A stretch of 55,915 nt of DNA from Eledone cirrhosa (taxonomy: Eukaryota), in the NCBI GenBank assembly GCA_964016885.1, contig CAXHJY010001259.1, forward strand, positions 1-55,915. The letters are read 5' to 3'. The position numbers and the translations under genes were made by a program. A model generated the notes under the pieces. The model had not been told where the DNA came from and did not search any database. It saw only the letters and a list, made by a program, of their open reading frames with translations. Shown here piece by piece: positions 1 through 12,998 of this stretch. The stretch's first letter is position 1, and every line of letters begins with the position of its first letter.

Positions 1-1375
1 AGAAAAAAGCTTCATCACCGAGGGATTAAAATTCATCCTACAGAACAACTTTTTTGATTTCGATGGCAATACTTACAAGCAAATATCGGGGACTGCGATG
101 GGTACAAAAGCCGCTCCAACTTATGCCAACTTAGTCATGGCATACTTAGAGGTCCAGATATATGAACAGTCCAAATCAAAATACGGATTGAACTTCCACA
201 AATATTTATCGGAGAATTGGAAACGCTACTTGGATGATTGCCTCATTCTTTGGTCCCACACACTCGACCAACTGAAGGATTTCAAAAACTTAATAAACGG
301 CATCAATAACCACATCCAATTCACAATGGAATACAGATCAACTCCCATTTCTGGACATCTTAATCTTAAAAAAAGACACAAATATCGAAACTGACATACA
401 CTACAAACCAACAGATTCCAAACAATATCTGCTATTCACCTCCAACCATCCAAAGCACACGAAGACGAACATTCCTTTTAACCTAGCAATAAGAATTTGC
501 ACAATTGTCTCCAATTATGAAACGCGAAATAAAAGACTTCAAGAATTAAAGGAAATTCTACTCGAGAGAGAGTACCCACTATTACTAATAAATAATGGAA
601 TAGAAAGGGCTAAAGCAATAGGCATTGATGAATTACGGAAACAGAAACAAATTCAAGGTACGTCCAATATTCTATCATATATCTCAACACACAACCCAAG
701 AAGTGTGGAAGCTTACAACACTATTCACAATAACATCCCACTACTAAAACAAAACCCAAGAATGAAAAAAGCCCTTGAAACACACAAAATAATCAAAAGC
801 AAAAGACAACCAAAATCACTGAAAACATTACTCACCAATGCCAAATTACCTACCACAAACCCACAACCAAGTATCAAAAAATGTGGTCGCTCTAATTGTG
901 GAACCTGCACTCACCTCATTGAAGGCAACACGTATACATTTAAATCAGGACAAAATTTTACTGTAAAAAATCACTTCACTTGCTCATCAAAAAATCTAAT
1001 TTATGCCATTAAATGTAAAGGATGCAATGAAGATTATATAGGACAAACTAAACTCACACTCAGAAACAGAATGACAGTTCATCGCCAACAATTACGAGAT
1101 CCAACCACGAGACAGATACCACTAAGTGCACATCTAGACATTTGTGCAAGTAATAAGACACCCAAATTCCAAGTCTTCCCATTTTACCTTTGCGCTAACT
1201 CTATAATTTTACTATCTGAAACAATTATCGATTTTTATATTTAATAATTTTCTCTTAACCTTCTTATCTAACTTCTCTCTTAATCTCCTAACTCTATATA
1301 ACAAACAGAACAAATGCGAATAAATAAGGAAAATATGTTTATTCAAAAATATAGACCAACATTAAATATGGTTTA
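1..1375 (+). mobile_element. Penelope-like retroelement, frameshifted RT C-terminal half plus GIY-YIG endonuclease (runs off the window at the 5' side)
   Basis: ORF 98-394 has GTAMGTKAAPTYANL and WKRYLDD (PLE RT). ORF 705-1244 has CxxxxCxxC, NLIYAIKCKGCNEDYIGQT and RMTVH (GIY-YIG). A tail resembling KENMFIQKYRPTLN* follows near 1327-1375. Confidence 0.9.
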
Positions 1376-1842
1376 ATATACATTATGTCAACACCATAAT
1401 ATGACATACACACACACACATAACACCTTCTACTTTAGAAAATAAAAACCCGAACTAAATAAACCTTAACATACGTTTGCACTGACAATACAACAGCAAA
1501 TCCGAATAAGTAAGGAAAATATGTTCATTCAAAAATATTCCTACTAAAGGAATCACTTTCCTACACATACACACACACAATATATATATATATATATTCT
1601 CTTCATCTTAACATGCTAACCATACTTCCACACACATAACACCCATACACACACATAACAACCCCCACACCCACAACTCCCTCCCCATTTCTACTAATAG
1701 AACCACTTTCCTACACATATATATACACACACACAAAATATATATTCTCTCCATCTTAACATACTCGCACACACACACATAACACCCATATACACACACA
1801 CACAACTCCCTCCCCTATTTCTACTAATAGAATCATCTTCCA

Positions 1843-1903
<61 letters not shown>

Positions 1904-2872
1904 TAAACATACATATCTTCACTTCAATAGAAAATCTGAACTCTGACACCCCAGCGAACTAACCATATTCACTGAACCAGAACAATTCTCCCAATCCCAT
2001 TTCTCTTGACCACTATCTTTCCATTGTCATAACATTCGCTATAAAGGCTACAGAATAGTTTTCCAAATAAGGGCGCAAAAATGTAATGAAAACTTGTTCA
2101 CGTGACAGCCAAATTTCATTTATAACCAATCAAATCACGTTTATTAAAAAAAAGCCTTCATGAGCCACCTTTTTTTAAAGTAAAGAAATTCAAACACACA
2201 CACACAAACAACACACACACACACACACACACACAAGCACACACACACAAGCACACAAATAAACATACATATCTTTACTTTCTTTATTCAATAGAAAATC
2301 TGAATTCTGACACCCCAGCGAACTAACCATATTCACTGAACCAGAACAATTCTCCCATCCCTTTCTCTTGACCATTATCTTTCACTTATCAAAAAATTCT
2401 CTAAAAAGGCTACAGAATGGATTTCCAAATAAGGGCGCAAAAATGTAATGAAAACTTGTTCACGTGACAGCCAAATTTCATTTATAACCAACCAAAAAAA
2501 AGCCTTCGTGAGCCTCCTTTTTTCAAGTAAAAAGAAATTCAAACACTCATATATGAAAAAACAACCTGTGACACCCCCCCCCTCTTATTTGAAGAACTAT
2601 TGTAATGCGAACTGGCGCGAAATTTATTATAATTATTGACAAACCAATCAAATTACCTCTCGAAAAACCTGGCATTTCGAGCCACTTTTTCCATATAAAA
2701 CAAGTAACATTCAGAGACCAACCAGATGTGAGAAAAACTACAGACCCTCCATCTCAACTCACCTTTTGAAAAGCAGAAGAACTGCGAAACCGGTAAAGGA
2801 ACCAAATAAAATATATATATTTAAAAAAAAAATAAGACTCCAGTTGCATTTTCGATTTCATCTCTTTTTCTT
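1376..2872 (+). repeat. PLE 3' non-coding region with internal tandem duplications and (CA)n tracts
   Basis: Duplicated blocks at about 1550-1700/1700-1840 and about 1900-2195/2255-2545. The region ends in a hammerhead-like motif, AATAAA, a T-rich tail and (TA)n. Confidence 0.65.
2762..2799 (+). ncRNA. Degenerate minimal type I hammerhead ribozyme at the PLE 3' end
   Basis: CCTT-TTGAAAA-GCAG(aagaa)CTGC-GAAA-CCGG-TA-AAGG. Stems I and II are perfect and stem III is palindromic (ACCGGT). The core has two transitions relative to CTGAAGA. Confidence 0.7.
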
Positions 2873-2874
2873 TA

Positions 2875-2957
<83 letters not shown>

Positions 2958-3302
2958 GTATATATATATATGTATATATATGCATATATATATATATATG
3001 TATATATATGCATATATATATATATATATGTATATATATGTATATATATATATATGTATATATATGTATATATATATATATGTATATATATGTATATGTA
3101 TATATATGTATATATATATATATGTATATATATATGTATATATATATATATGTATGTATATATATATATATGTATATATATGTATATATATGCATATATA
3201 TATGTATATATATATATGTATATATATATATGTGCATATATATATGTATATATATATATGTATATATATATATGTATATATATATATGTATATATATATA
3301 TG

Positions 3303-3333
<31 letters not shown>

Positions 3334-3346
3334 GTATATATATATG

Positions 3347-3377
<31 letters not shown>

Positions 3378-4486
3378 GTATATATATATGTATATATATA
3401 TGTATATATATATGTATATATATATGTATATATATATGTATATATATATATGTATATATATATATGTATATATGTATATATATATGTATATATATATATG
3501 TATATATATATATGTATATATATATATGTATATATATATGTATATATATATATGTATATATATATATGTATATATATATGTATATATATATATGTATATA
3601 TATATGTATATATATATATGTATATATATATGTATATATATATATGTATATATATATGTATATATATATATGTATATATATATGTATATATATATATGTA
3701 TATATATATGTATATATATATGTATATATATATGTATATATATATATGTATATATATATATATGTATATATATATGTATATATATATGTATATATATATG
3801 TATATATATATGTATATATATATATGTATATATATATATGTATATATGTATATATATATATGTATATATATATGTATGTATATATGTATATATGTATATA
3901 TATATATGTATGTATATATATGTATATATGTATATATATATATATGTATGTATATATATATATATGTATATATATGTATATATATGTATATATATGCATA
4001 TATATATGTATATATATATATGTATATATATATATGTATATATATATGTATATATATATGTATATATATATATGTATATATATATGTATATATATATATA
4101 TGTATATATATGTATATATATATATGTATATATATATGTATATATATATATGTATATATATATATGTATATATATATGTATATATATATATGTATATATA
4201 TATGTATATATATATATGTATATATATATGTATATATATATATGTATATATATATGTATATATATATGTATATATATATGTATATATATATATGTATATA
4301 TATATGTATGTATATATATATGTATGTATATGTATGTATATATATATGTATATATATGTATGTATATATATATGTATGTATATATATATGTATATATATG
4401 TATGTATATATATATGTATATATATGTATGTATATATATATGTATATATATGTATATATGTATATATGTATATATATGTATATATA

Positions 4487-4559
<73 letters not shown>

Positions 4560-4568
4560 GTATATATA

Positions 4569-4643
<75 letters not shown>

Positions 4644-4769
4644 GTATATATATATATATGTATATATATGTATATATATATATATATATGTATATATATG
4701 TATATATATATATATATGTATGTATATATATGTATATATATATACATATATATATATACATATATATAT
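2873..4769. repeat. About 1.9 kb compound (TA)n/(TATG) microsatellite
   Basis: Read directly; it is the source of the spurious YI-rich ORFs. Confidence 0.98.
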
Positions 4770-4796
4770 TTTTAGCCTTCATATCATGTTCTCCTG

Positions 4797-4863
4797 TTTT
4801 ATCTGATGAAAACACAAATATTATTGCATGATGATGTTTGTTTTTGAAATGCGCATAATAAAA
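4797..4863 (+). ncRNA. Type I hammerhead ribozyme motif in a ~130 bp island between TA tracts
   Basis: TTTTAT-CTGATGA-(long imperfect stem II AAACACAAATATTAT...ATGATGTTTGTTTTT)-GAAA-TGCGCA-TA-ATAAAA. The core is canonical, stem III is palindromic (ATGCGCAT) and the cleavage triplet is AUA. Confidence 0.8.
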
Positions 4864-4900
4864 TACATGGAACTCCTTTAACCATCTTTTTATCTTATAT

Positions 4901-4947
<47 letters not shown>

Positions 4948-5050
4948 GTATATATATATGTATATATATGTATATATATATGTATATATATGTATATATA
5001 TGTATATATATATATATATATGTATATATATGTATATATATATATATATA

Positions 5051-5984
5051 TCATCATCATCATCATCAACGTTTAACGTCCGTGTTCCACGCTTGCATGG
5101 GTTTGGATGGGGGTTTTCCCACTTGAGGCAAGAGTGATTGTCCTGCTCGCATAGGGCTGTCTGGCAAGGTTTTCTACAGTTGGATGCCCTTCCTAACACC
5201 AACCACATTTACAGTGTGGGTCTGGGAGGTTTTTACCGTGTTGCCTACACGGCCACATTACAGCGTGGACTGTGTGTTTTTTTGTCGTGACACCTACACG
5301 ATCTCATTTGTTTCGGCCTGGATGGCGCGGCACCAACATAACTTTACATAGAACGGGGTGGTGTGGATGGGGTGGGGGTGTATTTTGTTAGAGATGCCTA
5401 CTGGCTGGAGTAGGTTTTACTATATATTTAGGTAAGGCGGGTCTTCTCTGTTACTGAGTACTGCCAAAGGTCTCGGTCCAGTGACATTGTCTTGGAGAGG
5501 TGTAAGTGTGTGAGGTCGGAGTTTATCAGCTCGTCCCAGGTTTTTCTAGGTCTGCCTATTCCGTGGCTACCGTCTATCTTTATTGCCCTACACTTTGTTA
5601 TACAGCTATCGACTTTCATGCGCATCACGTGTCCATACCAACGTAGCCTTCTCTCGAGTAAACAATTTCTGATCCCTCTTATCTCTAATTTTTCCCTTAG
5701 TTCGTTTATGCTTTGCCGTTCACATATATTACTGTTACACATCCAGCGGAGCATGCAAACTTCGTTCCTCTGCACACAATGCCCAGGTCTCACTGCCATG
5801 CAACATTGCTGTTCGTATGCAGGCATCGTACAACCTGCCTTTCATTTTTAGGGAGAACCCTTTAGCAGCTAATAGTGGTATAAGCTCTCTGAACTTTTTC
5901 CAACCAGTTCTGACTCTAGCTACAGTACTTTCAGAGCACCCTCCCCCACTGCTGATTTTATCGCCCAGGTAACGGAAGCTGTCC
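5051..5984 (-). mobile_element. RTE LINE 3' fragment (RT thumb/C-terminus, 3' UTR, (ATG)n tail)
   Basis: [26 protein letters not shown] and GRPRKTW motifs; a small internal deletion near 5768; flanked by (TA)n. Confidence 0.92.
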
Positions 5985-6019
5985 ATATATATATGTATAT
6001 ATATATATGTATATATATG

Positions 6020-6058
<39 letters not shown>

Positions 6059-6069
6059 GTATATATATG

Positions 6070-6104
<35 letters not shown>

Positions 6105-6181
6105 GTATATATATGTATATATGTATATATGTATGTATATATATATATGTATATATATATGTATATATATGTATATATATG

Positions 6182-6218
<37 letters not shown>

Positions 6219-6338
6219 GTATATATATGTATATATATGTATATATATATATATATATGTGTATATATATGTATATATATGTAGATAAATCTACCAAGAG
6301 TTTACGGTAGTGTCCAATCCGTATGAAGAACTCATATG

Positions 6339-6453
<115 letters not shown>

Positions 6454-6503
6454 GTATATATATATAAATATGTATATATATATATGTATATATCTATATA
6501 TAT

Positions 6504-6868
6504 ATTGTTATACTTGGAGAGGGTCATATTTGTGTAATATTGCCAGAATTAATAACAGAACACACTCACTGTTTGGTTGGTTTTCGCTTCTCGCTTCTGT
6601 GTCTTTTATATTGGTAATCTAATTTATTCGGTCCTCAATGTTGCCAAAAATAATACAGATACAATATAGACACAAACACCTATACATAGTTTATCAAAGT
6701 TTTTTCGTTGCACATCTGCAAAATCGTCAGTGGTGCTATTGTTTCCTCCTGTTGCATTGTATTTTCTACGCCATCTTTATTTAGTCTGTTTATATATTTA
6801 TTTATTTATTTATTTATAACAATATTTGTTTCGACACACGATTTCATATAAAAAACCTCGCAAAACTA
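6504..6868 (-). mobile_element. Short non-coding PLE remnant related to the 8057-9349 element
   Basis: Shares the terminus TATTGTTATACTT..GAGGGTCAT with 8115. Its 6826-6866 tail matches the reverse complement of the 8057-8114 tail (TTTCRACACACGATTTCA). It contains a hammerhead motif. Confidence 0.75.
6693..6734 (-). ncRNA. Minimal hammerhead ribozyme motif (slightly degenerate)
   Basis: Reverse complement reads ACCA-CTGACGA-TTTTGCA(gatg)TGCAAC-GAAA-AAAC-TT-TGAT, the same layout as 9147-9191. Confidence 0.65.
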
Positions 6869-7023
6869 TATATATGTATATATATATGTATATATATATA
6901 TATGTATATATGTATATGTATATATGTATATATATATGTATATATATATATGTATATATATATATGTATATATATATGTATATATATATATGTATATATA
7001 TATGTATATATATATACATACAT

Positions 7024-7350
7024 GGAGGCACATGGCTTAGTGGTTAGAGCATTGGCCTTGCAATCGAAAGGTTGTGTGTTCAATTCTCAGACCGGGTGAT
7101 GTGTTGTTTCCTTGAGCAAGACACTTTATTTCACATTGCTCCAGTTTACTCAGCTGTAGAAATGAGATGATAGGGACTGGATTCCCTATCATTCCACTGC
7201 AAAGTGGACGTGTAGGCGCCACAGCAAAAAAGCACCCATCACTCACTGTAAATGAGGTTGGTGTTAGGAAGGGCATCCAGCTGTAGAAATCAAGCCAGAA
7301 TCAGTTCCCGTCCCACCCTTGCAAGCAGGGAAAAGCGGACGTAAAATGAA
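7024..7350 (+). mobile_element. tRNA-derived CORE-type SINE with RTE-derived tail
   Basis: A-box TGGCTTAGTGG, B-box-like GTGTTCAATTC and a CORE-like block CCTTGAGCAAGACACTT...CAGTTTACTCAGCTGTAGAAATG. The 3' end is shared with an RTE; six copies occur in the window. Confidence 0.88.
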
Positions 7351-7378
7351 ATGAAAAATGAATGAAAATATATATATG

Positions 7379-7411
<33 letters not shown>

Positions 7412-7493
7412 GTATATATATATGTGTATATATATATATGTATATATATATGTATATATATATGTGTATATATATATATGTGTATGTATATAT

Positions 7494-7903
7494 CTGGACC
7501 GAGACCTTTGGCGGTACTCAGTAACAGAGAAGACCCGCCTTGCCAGTAGGCATCTCTAACAAAATACACCCCGTCCCGCCACCACCCCCACCCATCCACA
7601 CCACCCCGTCCTATGTAAAGTTATGTTGGTGCCGCGCCATCCAGGCCGAAACAAATGAGATCGTGTAGGTGTCACGACAAAAAAACACACAGTCCACGCT
7701 GTAATGTGGCCGTGTAGGCAACACGGTAAAAACCTCCCAGACCCACACTGTAAATGTGGTTGGTGTTAGGAAGGGCATCCAACTGTAGAAAACCTGCCAG
7801 ACAGTCCTATGCGAGCAAGACAATCACTCTTGCCTCAAGTGGGACTAACCCCGTCCAAACCCATGCAAGCGTGGAACACGGACGTTAAACGTTGATGATG
7901 ATG
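7494..7903 (+). mobile_element. RTE 3' UTR fragment
   Basis: Near-identical to 42108-42515; ends in (GAT)n. Confidence 0.9.
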
Positions 7904-7918
7904 ATATATATGTGTATA

Positions 7919-8018
<100 letters not shown>

Positions 8019-8316
8019 TATATATATATGCATATGTATATATGTACATATATATATTTCGTTTCTGAATTTGTTTAGCAAGATTCTTTATCTGAAATCG
8101 TGTGTTGAAACCGATATTGTTATACTTTGGGAGGGTCATGTTGCCAATAAGAAACACACGCACCAGTTGCTTTCACTTCAATTTAATTTAATATATATTT
8201 ATAAATTTACAAATTTATAAATTTCTGGTTGGTTGGTTGGTTCCACAACCAGATAGTTGTTTATATATATATAGTCATAGTTCTTTCGTCACACACTCTG
8301 TGACCTCTTCAGTGTA

Positions 8317-8850
8317 ATGTTCATCAATACAACCCCTAGAGGCGAACTAGCCTACAAATTTAGAAGGGCCCTAAAGAAACATAATCTCAATATTAAGATA
8401 GTAGAAAGACCTGGTACCTCCGTAAAAACACTTATTAGCAAGACATACCCGTTCCAAAGACCCTCATGTATAGATAAGAAATGTATAACCTGTAAAACAA
8501 GCCCCCATATTAACTGTAAAACTAGAAATGTAGTATATAGCATAAGATGTACTGAGGGACAATGTAGAAACAAAAATATAGTGTACATAGGTGAGACAGC
8601 TCGTAGTATAGGGGAACGAATAAATGAACACTGGCGAGACCTCCAAGATAGTAAAGAATCATCTGTGCTCTACCAACATGCTAAGATAGAACACAGGGGT
8701 AAATTAGAGAGCATAGAAATAAAAATAGAATCCACACACAAGAAAGACGCAATGTTTAGGCAAATTACAGAGGCAGTAAGCATAAAAGAATTAAAACCAA
8801 AATTAAATAGAAAATATGAGTGGAACAGCAACATCACAACTTACAATTAA
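8317..8850 (+). CDS. PLE GIY-YIG endonuclease C-terminal domain (open fragment)
   Basis: CKTRNVVYSIRC...YIGETARSIGERINEH...RQITEAVSIKELKPKLN...EW. Confidence 0.88.
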   Translation: MFINTTPRGELAYKFRRALKKHNLNIKIVERPGTSVKTLISKTYPFQRPSCIDKKCITCKTSPHINCKTRNVVYSIRCTEGQCRNKNIVYIGETARSIGERINEHWRDLQDSKESSVLYQHAKIEHRGKLESIEIKIESTHKKDAMFRQITEAVSIKELKPKLNRKYEWNSNITTYN

Positions 8851-9146
8851 GGACAAAATGAAAACACACACACACATATATAAACAACTTACAATTGAAA
8901 ACACACACAAAATGAAAACACACACAAGACAAAATGAAAACACACACACACATAGAACAAACAACCAACCAACAATAAATAAATAAATAAACAAACAAAT
9001 ATAAATAGAAAAATAGAAAAATGAACACAAACACACACAGACACCCGGATGTGGCGCATGCGCAAACTGAGCACGCAACCCACACACAAACAAAATGGCG
9101 TAGGATAGAAGAAAGGAAAGGCACAGAAACGAAGAAAGAAATCCCC

Positions 9147-9191
9147 AGTCACTGAAGAGGTCACAGAGTGTGTGACGAAAGAACTATGACT
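9147..9191 (+). ncRNA. Minimal type I hammerhead ribozyme
   Basis: AGTCA-CTGAAGA-G-GTCAC(agagtgt)GTGAC-GAAA-GAAC-TA-TGACT. Perfect 5 bp stems I and II, a canonical core and a CUA triplet. Confidence 0.85.
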
Positions 9192-9395
9192 ATATATATA
9201 TAAACAACTATCTGGTTGTGGAACCAACCAACCAACCAGAAATTTATAAATTTGTAAATTTATAAATATATATTAAATTAAATTGAAGTGAAAGCAACTG
9301 GTGCGTGTGTTTCTTATTGGCAACATGACCCTCCCAAAGTATAACAATACATATATATATATATATGTATATATATGTATTTTTTTTTTTTTTCT

Positions 9396-9724
9396 CATCA
9401 TTTTACGTCCGCTTTTACCCTGCTTGCAAGGGTGGGACGGGAACTGATTCTGGCTTGATTTCTACAGCTGGATGCCCTTCCTAACACCAACCTCATTTAC
9501 AGTGAGTGATGGGTGCTTTTTTGCCATGGCGCCTCCACATCCACTTTGCAGTGGAATGATAGTGACCCCAGTCCCTATCATCTCATCTCTACAGCTGAGT
9601 AAACTGGAGCAATGTGAAATAAAGTGTCTTGCTCAAGGAAACCACACATCACCCAGCCTGAGAATTGAACTCACAACCTTTCGATTGCAAGGCCAATGCT
9701 CTAACCACTAAGCCATGTGCCTCC
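9396..9724 (-). mobile_element. CORE-type tRNA SINE copy
   Basis: Reverse-complement match to 7024-7350. Confidence 0.88.
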
Positions 9725-9738
9725 ATTATATATATATA

Positions 9739-10974
9739 TCATCATCATCATCATCATCATCAGGTTTAGCGTCCGTGTTCCACGCTTGCATGGGTTTGGA
9801 CGGGGGTTTTCCCACTTGAGGCAAGAGTGGTTGTCTTGCTCGCATAGGACTGTCTGGCGGGTTTTCTACAGTTGGATGCCCTTCCTAACACCAACCACAT
9901 TTACAGTGTGGGGCTGGGAGGTTTTTACCGTGTTGCCTACACGGCCACATTACAGCGTGGACTGTCTGGCGGGTTTTCTACAGCTGGATGCCCTTCCTAA
10001 CACCAACCACATTTACAGTGTGGGGCTGGGAGGTTTTTACCGTGTTGCCTACACGGCCACATTTACAGCGTGGACTGTGTGTTTTTTGTCGTGACACCTA
10101 CACGATCTCATTTGTTTCGGCCTGGATGTTGTGGGACCAACATAACTTTACATTGAAAGGGGCGGTGTGGATGGGGTGGAGGTGGTGGGACGGGGGTGTG
10201 TTTTGATAGAGATGCCTACTGACTGTAGTAGGTTTTTACTTTGTATTTAGGTAAGGCGGGTCTTCTCTATTACTGAGTACCGCCAAAGGTCTCGGTCCAG
10301 TGACATTGTCTTGGAGAGGTGTAAGCGTGTGAGGTCGGAATTTATCAGCTCGTCCCATGTTTTTCTGGGTCTGCCTACTCCGTGGCTACCGTCTATCTTT
10401 ATTGCCCTGCACTTTGTTATACAGCTGTCGTCTTTCATGCGCATCACGTGACCGTACCAACGTAGCCTTCTCTCGAGTAAACAACATCTGATCCCTCTTA
10501 TTTCTAATTTTTTCCTTAGTTCGTTTATGCTTTGCCGTTCACGTATATTACTATTGCACATCCAGCGGAGCATGCAAGCTTCGTTCCTCTCTAGTCTGCG
10601 TATATCCTCTGCACACAATGCCCAGGTCTCACTGCCATGCAGCATTGCTGTTCGTATGCAGGCATCGTATAACCTGCCTTTCATTTTTAGGGAGAACCCT
10701 CTAGCGGCTAATAGTGGTATAAGCTCTCTGAACTTTTTCCATCCAGTTCTGACTCTAGCTACTGTACTTTCAGAGCACCCTCCCCCACTGCTGATTTTGT
10801 CACCCAGATAACGGAAGCTGTCCACTATTTCTATAGAACCCTCTGCGCAGTTGAAGGAGCTAGTATTTTGTGGGCACTTGCTGCTACTTATTGCACCAGA
10901 GCACCGGCCACATGTAAAATCTATGTTCTTAGTTAGCTTATCTGTGATCCCACTACATCTTTTATGCACCCATA
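9739..10974 (-). mobile_element. RTE LINE 3' fragment
   Basis: ORF 10247-10969 encodes the RT C-terminus; the 3' UTR has a ~112 bp tandem duplication; (ATG)n tail. Confidence 0.93.
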
Positions 10975-11023
<49 letters not shown>

Positions 11024-11031
11024 ATATATAT

Positions 11032-12377
11032 AAGTTCAAGAACGGCTGCCCATGGGAACTCCCATATGCAGACGCCGAGCAAGAGAAGGAATTACAAACA
11101 TGGAAGCACGGCCTAGAATCAAAAGGCCTTAAAATTAACCTGGCTAAGACTAAAGTTCTAGTTTGTAGGAAAGAAAATAAGGTGGCGGTCCCCTCTGGGA
11201 AATGGTCGTGCTCGGTGTGTAGGAAAGGCGTAGGTAGAAACTCCATTTTATGTCCTAAATGCAAAGTATGGGTGCATAAAAGATGTAGTGGGATCACAGG
11301 TAAGCTAACTAAGAACATAGATTTTACATGTGGCCGGTGCTCTGGTGCAATAAGTAGTAGCAAGTGCCCACAAAATACTAGCTCTTTCAATTGCGCAGAG
11401 GATTCTATAGAAATAGTGGACAGCTTCCGTTACCTGGGTGATAAAATCAGCAGTGGGGGAGGGTGCTCTGAAAGTACAGTAGCTAGAGTCAGAACTGGTT
11501 GGAAAAAGTTCAGAGAGCTTATACCACTATTAGCTGCTAAAGGGTTCCCCCTAAAAATGAAAGGCAGGTTGTACGATGCCTGCATACGAACAGCAATGTT
11601 GCATGGCAGTGAGACCTGGGCATTGTGTGCAGAGGATATACGCAGACTAGAGAGGAACGAAGCTTGCATGCTCCGCTGGATGTGTAATAGTAATATACGT
11701 GAACGGCAAAGCATAAACGAACTAAGGAAAAAATTAGAAATAAGAGGGATCAGATGTTGTTTACTCGAGAGAAGGCTACGTCGGTATGGACACGTGATGC
11801 GCATGAAAGTCGATAGCTGTATAACAAAGTGCAGGGCAATAAAGATAGACGGTAGCCACGGAATAGGCAGACCTAGAAAAACCTGGGACGAGCTGATAAA
11901 CTCCGACCTCACACACTTACACCTCTCCAAGACAATGTCACTGGACCGAGACCTTTGGCGGTACTCAGTAACAGAGAAGACCCGCCTTACCTAAATACAT
12001 AGTAAAACCTACTACAGCCAGTAGGCATCTCTAACAAAATACCCCCCCCCCCCCTCCCCCCATCCACACCACCCCGTTCTATGTAAAGTTATGTTGGTGC
12101 CACACCATCCAGGCCGAAACAAATGAGATCGTGTAGGTGTCACGACAAAAAAACACACAGTCCACGCTGTAATGTGGCTGTGTAGGCAATACGGTAAAAA
12201 CCTCCCAGACCCACACTGTAAATGTGGTTGGTGTTAGGAAGGGCATCCAACTGTAGAAAACCTGCCAGACAGTCCTATGCGAGCAAGACAATCACTCTTG
12301 CCTCAAGTGGGACTACCCCCGTCCAAACCCATGCAAGCGTGTAACACGGACGTTAAACGTTGATGATGATGATGATG

Positions 12378-12378
<1 letters not shown>
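11032..12378 (+). mobile_element. RTE LINE 3' fragment
   Basis: ORF 11182-11994 has the zinc finger and thumb; followed by the 3' UTR and a (GAT)n tail. Confidence 0.93.
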
Positions 12379-12442
<64 letters not shown>

Positions 12443-12599
12443 GAAACACACAGATACATGCGGACACACACATATACATGAATGCATCCACATCCAACCG
12501 TGAGTTAATGGTGCCAACCTTACCGATGTTGCTCAATGAATGACTGGGACAGACCAATCCGGTTGAACTAGACTGAACCAGTATCAGAGTTAAAAATAC

Positions 12600-12966
12600 A
12601 TTATGAAGAGAGAAGAAACATTTAGATATAATTAGTAATAAAATGTATTATACCCAAACTGCTCCTAGATTCCTCGACTACATAGTTTCGTGGCATAAAC
12701 AAAAACAATACATCATAAAGATATAGAGTTTTTGCGAGGTCTGCTGACTTATCAAGAGGGTACCTCGTTTTACTAGCTTCAAGAACGCTTCTTTATGATG
12801 TATTGTTTTTGTTTATGCCACGTTTTACTAGCTTCAAGAACGCTTCTTTATGATGTATTGTTTTTGTTTATGCCACGAAACTACGTAGTCGAGGAATCTA
12901 GGAGCAGTTTGGGTATAATACATTTTATTACTAATTATATCTAAATGTTTCTTCTCTCTTCATAAT
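12600..12966. repeat. 122 bp inverted repeat with an internal 55 bp direct duplication; probable PLE-end remnant
   Basis: Arms at 12600-12721 and 12845-12966 (1 mismatch); direct repeat units start at 12766 and 12821. Degenerate hammerhead CTTC-TTTATGA...GAAA-CTACGTAG-TC-GAGG at 12843-12894. Confidence 0.8.
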
Positions 12967-12998
12967 ATATATATATATATATATTGTATTGTATTGTA

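Larger units (their letters stand above)
8057..9349 (+). mobile_element. 5'-truncated Penelope-like element with an inverted pseudo-LTR
   Basis: GIY-YIG ORF 8317-8850 flanked by 200 bp inverted repeats (8115-8314 and 9150-9349), with a 58 nt tail on the left arm; embedded in (TA)n. Confidence 0.9.

Noticed and set aside
2766-4831. 600+ aa Tyr/Ile-rich ORFs
   Set aside because: These are translations of the stop-free TA microsatellite; the array length may itself be an assembly artefact.
7024-7095. tRNA gene
   Set aside because: It is a SINE head; the cloverleaf is incomplete and it is repeated with the SINE body.
12736-12766. GAGGT-CTGCTGA-CTT(atc)AAG-AGGGT-ACCTC hammerhead-like hairpin
   Set aside because: Lacks GAAA and stem III.
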